Source: an uncultured Actinomycetota bacterium
GTDB lineage: Bacteria > Actinomycetota > Actinomycetes > JAFAQI01
Length of the DNA stretch: 64,000 bases
Reading direction: 5' to 3'
Assembly (NCBI GenBank): GCA_963770565.1
Contig: CAVYQE010000011.1
Location: forward strand, 800,001-864,000
Position 1 is the stretch's first letter; each line of letters begins with the position of its first letter. Positions 59,990 through 64,000 of the stretch are shown here, piece by piece. The notes beneath the pieces were generated by a model. That model did no database searches, was not told the origin of the DNA, and was given only the letters and a program-made list of their open reading frames with translations. Both the position numbers and the translations under genes were made by a program.

Positions 59990-60135
59990 CGGGCTCCGCC
60001 CCGCTTACCTCGACGGTTGTCGTTGGAGCCCTCGTCGTACGCGGGTATCCCGGCTCGCCTCAGGATCGAGGCCTACGGTTGCGGGTCAGCGCCGGACTTC
60101 GACCGGACTTCCCCCGCCCACGGCGGTTGCACTGC
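59990..60135 (-). promoter_or_regulatory. Cobalamin riboswitch
   Basis: Minus strand GGGGAAGTCCGGTCGAAGTCCGGCGCTGACCCGCAACCGTAG...GAGCCGGGATACC, upstream of the ECF operon. Confidence 0.88.
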
Positions 60136-60208
60136 CGATGCCACCACAGGCCGGGTCCGCAGTCAACGCAGTGCCTCTGACCGGCGCGTTGCGACTACGG
60201 TGTCCCGC

Positions 60209-60424
60209 GTGGGGTGGACTTGGCGGTACGAGAGCAGCGACGGGGCAGTGGTCTCGCCGGACGAAGCGCCGATCAGCGAAAGCTTCCCGACCCAGGCCGA
60301 CGCGGAGACCTGGATCGGCGAGATCTGGCGGCAGCTGCTCGATGCCGGCGTCGACGCGGTGGTGCTGCTCGACGACGGGCGCGAAGTCTACGGCCCGATG
60401 ACCCTGCACGACTCCCAGGGCTGA
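60209..60424 (+). CDS. Small conserved actinobacterial hypothetical protein
   Basis: WTWRYE..DG...FPTQADAE.W.GE.WR.L...GV..V.L......YGPM.L. Confidence 0.7.
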   Translation: MGWTWRYESSDGAVVSPDEAPISESFPTQADAETWIGEIWRQLLDAGVDAVVLLDDGREVYGPMTLHDSQG

Positions 60425-60555
60425 GCTGCGCGCTGCCGGCGTTCTCGCTCGCTTGCGTGCCTCCAAGCACGCGGCGCTCCCTGCGGCCTGGGCAGCGCAC
60501 AGCTCAGCCCAGGGAGTTCACCGGCGCGCGTTGCCAGTTGTGTGAAGATTCGCGG

Positions 60556-61404
60556 ATGACTGTTGTCAGAGCCGCCATTACCCAGGTCGCGTGGACCGGC
60601 GACAAGGACTCGATGATCAAACGCCACGAGGAGCTGGCCCGGGACGCGGCCGCGGCCGGCGTACAGGTGATCGGGTTCCAGGAGCTGTTCTACGGGCCGT
60701 ACTTCGGGATCGTGCAGGACCAGAAGTACTACTCGTACGTCGAGCCGATCCCCGGGCCGACGGTCGAGCGCTTCCAGGCGCTGGCCAAGGAGCTCGGCAT
60801 GGTGATCATCCTGCCCATCTACGAGGTCGCAAACGAGGGGGAGTACTACAACACGGCCGCGGTGATCGACGCCGACGGGAGCCTGCTCGGCTCATACCGC
60901 AAGCACCACATCCCGAACCTGCCGCAGTTCTGGGAGAAGTTCTACTTCCGGCCGGGCAACCTCGGCTACCCGGTGTTCGACACCGCGGTCGGCCGGGTCG
61001 GCGTCTACATCTGCTACGACCGGCACTTCCCGGAGGGCTGGCGCGAGCTCGGGCTCAACAACGCCCAGCTGGTCTTCAACCCCTCGGCGACCAAGCCGGG
61101 TCTGTCGAACCGGCTCTGGGAGCTCGAGCAGCCCGCGGCCGCGGCGGCCAACCAGTACTTCGTCGCGGCGAACAACCGGATCGGGCTGGAGTCCGACGAG
61201 TTCGGTGACGAGGCCGTGCAGTTCTACGGCTCGAGCTACTTCGTCGACCCGCGCGGCAACTACGTGGGCGAGGTCGCCTCGACCGACAAGGAAGAGGTCG
61301 TCATCCGCGACCTCGACTTCGACGAGATCTCCCGGACCCGCAACGACTGGCAGTTCTACCGCGACCGCCGCCCGGACTCCTACGAGAAGATCACCCGGCC
61401 GTGA
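60556..61404 (+). CDS. Nitrilase-family beta-ureidopropionase-like hydrolase
   Basis: FQELF, YRKHHIP, FWEKFYF.PG, ICYDRHFPE. Confidence 0.9.
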   Translation: MTVVRAAITQVAWTGDKDSMIKRHEELARDAAAAGVQVIGFQELFYGPYFGIVQDQKYYSYVEPIPGPTVERFQALAKELGMVIILPIYEVANEGEYYNTAAVIDADGSLLGSYRKHHIPNLPQFWEKFYFRPGNLGYPVFDTAVGRVGVYICYDRHFPEGWRELGLNNAQLVFNPSATKPGLSNRLWELEQPAAAAANQYFVAANNRIGLESDEFGDEAVQFYGSSYFVDPRGNYVGEVASTDKEEVVIRDLDFDEISRTRNDWQFYRDRRPDSYEKITRP

Positions 61405-62822
61405 CGACACTGATCAGCGGCGGCACCGTCGTCAGCTCGACCGGATCGGCGCGGCAGGACGTCCTGATCGACGGCGAGACGATCGCGGCCGTGGTCGCGC
61501 CGGGCTCGACCGCGCTCGGTGACCTCGCGGCGTCCGCCGACCGGGTCATCGACGCGACCGGCAAGTACGTGATCCCGGGCGGCGTCGACGGCCACACCCA
61601 CATGGAGATGCCGTTTGGCGGCACCTTCGCCTCGGACACCTTCGAGACCGGCACTCGGGCAGCTGCCTGGGGCGGTACGACGACGATCGTGGACTTCGTC
61701 GTGCAGACCCACGGCCAGCGGGTGCTCGACCAGTTCGCGTTGTGGCACGAGAAGGCCGGCGGCAACTGCGCGATCGACTATGCCTTCCACCAGATCATCG
61801 GCGAGGTCGACGACGACTCGCTCAAGGCGATGGACGCGCTGATCGACGAGGGCGTCACGAGCTTCAAGCTCTTCATGGCCTATCCCGGCGTGTTCCTTTC
61901 CAGCGACGGCCAGATCGTCCGCGCGATGCAGACCGCGGCCGGCAACGGCGGGCTGATCATGATGCACGCGGAGAACGGGTCCGCGATCGACGTACTCGTG
62001 CAGCAGGCGCTCGCCCGCGGCGAGACCGCGCCGTACTACCACGGGGTGACGAGGCCCTGGCAGACCGAGCAGGAGGCCACTCATCGCGCGGTGATGCTCG
62101 CCGACATGACCGGCGCACCGCTGTACGTCGTCCATGTCTCGGCCAAGCAGGCGTTGGCCCGGATCGCCGAGGCGCGCAACGCCGGTCAGAACGTGTTCGG
62201 CGAGACCTGCCCGCAATACCTCTACCTGTCGCTCGAGGAGAATCTCGGAGCGCCGGGCTTCGAGGGCGCGAAGTGGGTGTGCTCGACGCCGCTGCGGGCG
62301 CGGGCCGAGGGTCATCAGGACGAGTTGTGGCGCTACATCAGGACGGGTGACGTCACGGCCGTCTCGACCGACCACTGCCCGTTCTGCATGAAGGACCAGA
62401 AGGAGATGGGGATCGGCAACTTTGCCAAGATTCCCAACGGAATCGGCTCGGTCGAGCACCGGATCGACCTGCTCTACCAAGGTGTGGTCGACGGGCGGAT
62501 CTCGCTCGAGCGCTGGGTCGACGTCTGCTGTGCGTCGCCGGCGCGGATGTTCGGCCTGTATGGCAAGAAGGGCGTGATCGCGGCCGGCGCCGATGCCGAC
62601 ATCGTGGTCTACGACCCGGCCGGGCACACCAGCATCGGCATGGGCGAGGGGCGGACGCATCACATGAACATGGACTATTCGGCATGGGAGGGCTACGAGA
62701 TCGACGGTCACGTCGACGTCGTGATCTCGCGCGGGCAGGTGCTCGTCGAGGCCGGCAACTACGTCGGCACGAAGTCCCATGGCAAGTACGTCAAGCGTGG
62801 CCTCTCGCAGAATCTGGTGTGA
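61401..62822 (+). CDS. hydA: Dihydropyrimidinase
   Basis: PGGVD.HTH, GGTTT..DF, SFKLFMAY, HAENG, STDHCPF. Confidence 0.95.
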   Translation: MTTLISGGTVVSSTGSARQDVLIDGETIAAVVAPGSTALGDLAASADRVIDATGKYVIPGGVDGHTHMEMPFGGTFASDTFETGTRAAAWGGTTTIVDFVVQTHGQRVLDQFALWHEKAGGNCAIDYAFHQIIGEVDDDSLKAMDALIDEGVTSFKLFMAYPGVFLSSDGQIVRAMQTAAGNGGLIMMHAENGSAIDVLVQQALARGETAPYYHGVTRPWQTEQEATHRAVMLADMTGAPLYVVHVSAKQALARIAEARNAGQNVFGETCPQYLYLSLEENLGAPGFEGAKWVCSTPLRARAEGHQDELWRYIRTGDVTAVSTDHCPFCMKDQKEMGIGNFAKIPNGIGSVEHRIDLLYQGVVDGRISLERWVDVCCASPARMFGLYGKKGVIAAGADADIVVYDPAGHTSIGMGEGRTHHMNMDYSAWEGYEIDGHVDVVISRGQVLVEAGNYVGTKSHGKYVKRGLSQNLV

Positions 62823-62826
62823 CGTC

Positions 62827-63858
62827 ATGGACTTCGGTGTTGTCCTGCAGGCCGATCCGCCGGCCTGGCGCGTGGTCGAGCTGTCCCGCCAAGCCGAGCA
62901 GGCCGGCTTCACGCACGTCTGGACCTTCGACTCGCACATCCTGTGGCAGGAGCCGTTCGTCATCTACAGCCAGATCCTCGCGGCGACGCACCGCTTGACG
63001 GTCGGCCCGATGGTCACCAACCCGGCGACCCGCGACTGGACCGTGACCGCATCGCTGTTTGCGACCCTCAACGACATGTTCGGCAACCGAACCGTCTGCG
63101 GGATCGGGCGCGGCGACTCGGCGGTGCGGGTGATCAACGGCGCGCCGGTGACGCTCGCCACCTTGCGCGAGGCGATCGACGTCATCCGGCCGCTGGCCAA
63201 CGGCGGGCAGGCGTCGTACAAGGGCAGCCTCCTGCGCTTCCCGTGGAGTTCCGGGTCGGTGCTGCCGATCTGGGTCGCGGCGTACGGGCCGAAGGCGCTC
63301 GCGCTCGCCGGCGAGGTGGGCGACGGATTCATCCTGCAGCTGGCCGACCCCGACATCACCGCGTGGTCGATCGCGGCGGTGCGCAAGGCGGCGTCCGACG
63401 CGGGTCGTGACCCGGCGAGTGTGCAGATCTGCGTCGCCGCACCGGCGTATGTGACAGACGGATCGGACGAGGGACTCGACCATGCCCGCTCACAGTGCCG
63501 GTGGTTCGGCGGGATGGTCGGCAACCACGTCGCTGACATCGTCGCGCGCTACGGCACGGACGGCGGTGCGGTGCCGAAGGCGCTGTCGGACTACATCGCG
63601 AACCGGTCCGGCTACGACTACAACACGCACGGCAAGGCGGCCAACACGCACACCGACTTCGTGCCGGACGAGGTGATCGACCGGTTCTGCCTGCTCGGCC
63701 CGGTCGAGCACCAGGTGGCGCGGCTCGAGGAGCTGCGCGAGCTCGGCGTCGATCAGTTCGCGCTGTATCTGCAGCACGACGCAAAGGACGCGACGCTGTC
63801 GGCGTACGGCGAGCGGGTGATCCCCGCGGTCAACGCGCCGGCCCAAGCCAAAGCCTGA
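62827..63858 (+). CDS. LLM-class putative F420-dependent oxidoreductase (TIGR03842-like)
   Basis: MDFGVVLQ, WTFDSHILWQEP, VTNP.TRD, GIGRGDSA. Confidence 0.85.
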   Translation: MDFGVVLQADPPAWRVVELSRQAEQAGFTHVWTFDSHILWQEPFVIYSQILAATHRLTVGPMVTNPATRDWTVTASLFATLNDMFGNRTVCGIGRGDSAVRVINGAPVTLATLREAIDVIRPLANGGQASYKGSLLRFPWSSGSVLPIWVAAYGPKALALAGEVGDGFILQLADPDITAWSIAAVRKAASDAGRDPASVQICVAAPAYVTDGSDEGLDHARSQCRWFGGMVGNHVADIVARYGTDGGAVPKALSDYIANRSGYDYNTHGKAANTHTDFVPDEVIDRFCLLGPVEHQVARLEELRELGVDQFALYLQHDAKDATLSAYGERVIPAVNAPAQAKA

Positions 63859-63910
63859 CCGTTCCAAGCAATGTCACATTGCCCCGCACTTCGTGGGGGC
63901 AATGTGACCT
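63857..63910. repeat. Dispersed palindromic repeat, copy 2
   Basis: Shares 35 identical nt with 54320-54354; begins at a stop codon. Confidence 0.8.
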
Positions 63911-64000
63911 GACTTGGGCCACATTTTGGTGGTCGGTGGTGGCGTAGGCGCTTGACCTGCAGGTTTGCTGGTGGGCGGTGACGGATTTGCACACTAATTC

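Overview
High-GC actinobacterial DNA in two parts. From ~39.6 kb to the end it is core genome: glnA (frameshifted, with GlnR boxes), RDD, DUF4191, lipA, lipB, a Ser/Thr kinase, sucB/dlaT, lpdA, pepA, gcvT, a cobalamin-riboswitch-controlled ECF operon and a pyrimidine-catabolism cluster. From 1 to ~39.6 kb it is a tandem stack of at least three islands integrated at the 3' end of glnA. Copies of the glnA tail lie at 39595, 13152 and 3570, each flanked by island-specific 11-bp-period arm-like repeats (GGGGCACA or GGTTGCTC). I found no integrase in the two complete islands. The most striking cargo is a fluoride-stress module: a clear fluoride riboswitch sits ahead of a six-gene hydrogenase-4/Ehr-like membrane complex plus DUF190. 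Its large subunit has lost all Ni-binding Cys, and its NuoB-like domain has all four Fe-S Cys replaced by Asp/Glu/Asp/Ser. Next to it are a second fluoride riboswitch on uspA and an extra enolase, with no intact Fluc/CLC exporter visible. Other cargo: an AbiE/MenAT-like TA pair, large secreted beta-helix proteins, IS1380, a 75-bp IS21 mini-element, a phosphodiester/polyol catabolic cluster, ssb and an Mrr-like nuclease. All assignments come from motif recognition by eye; no searches were run.
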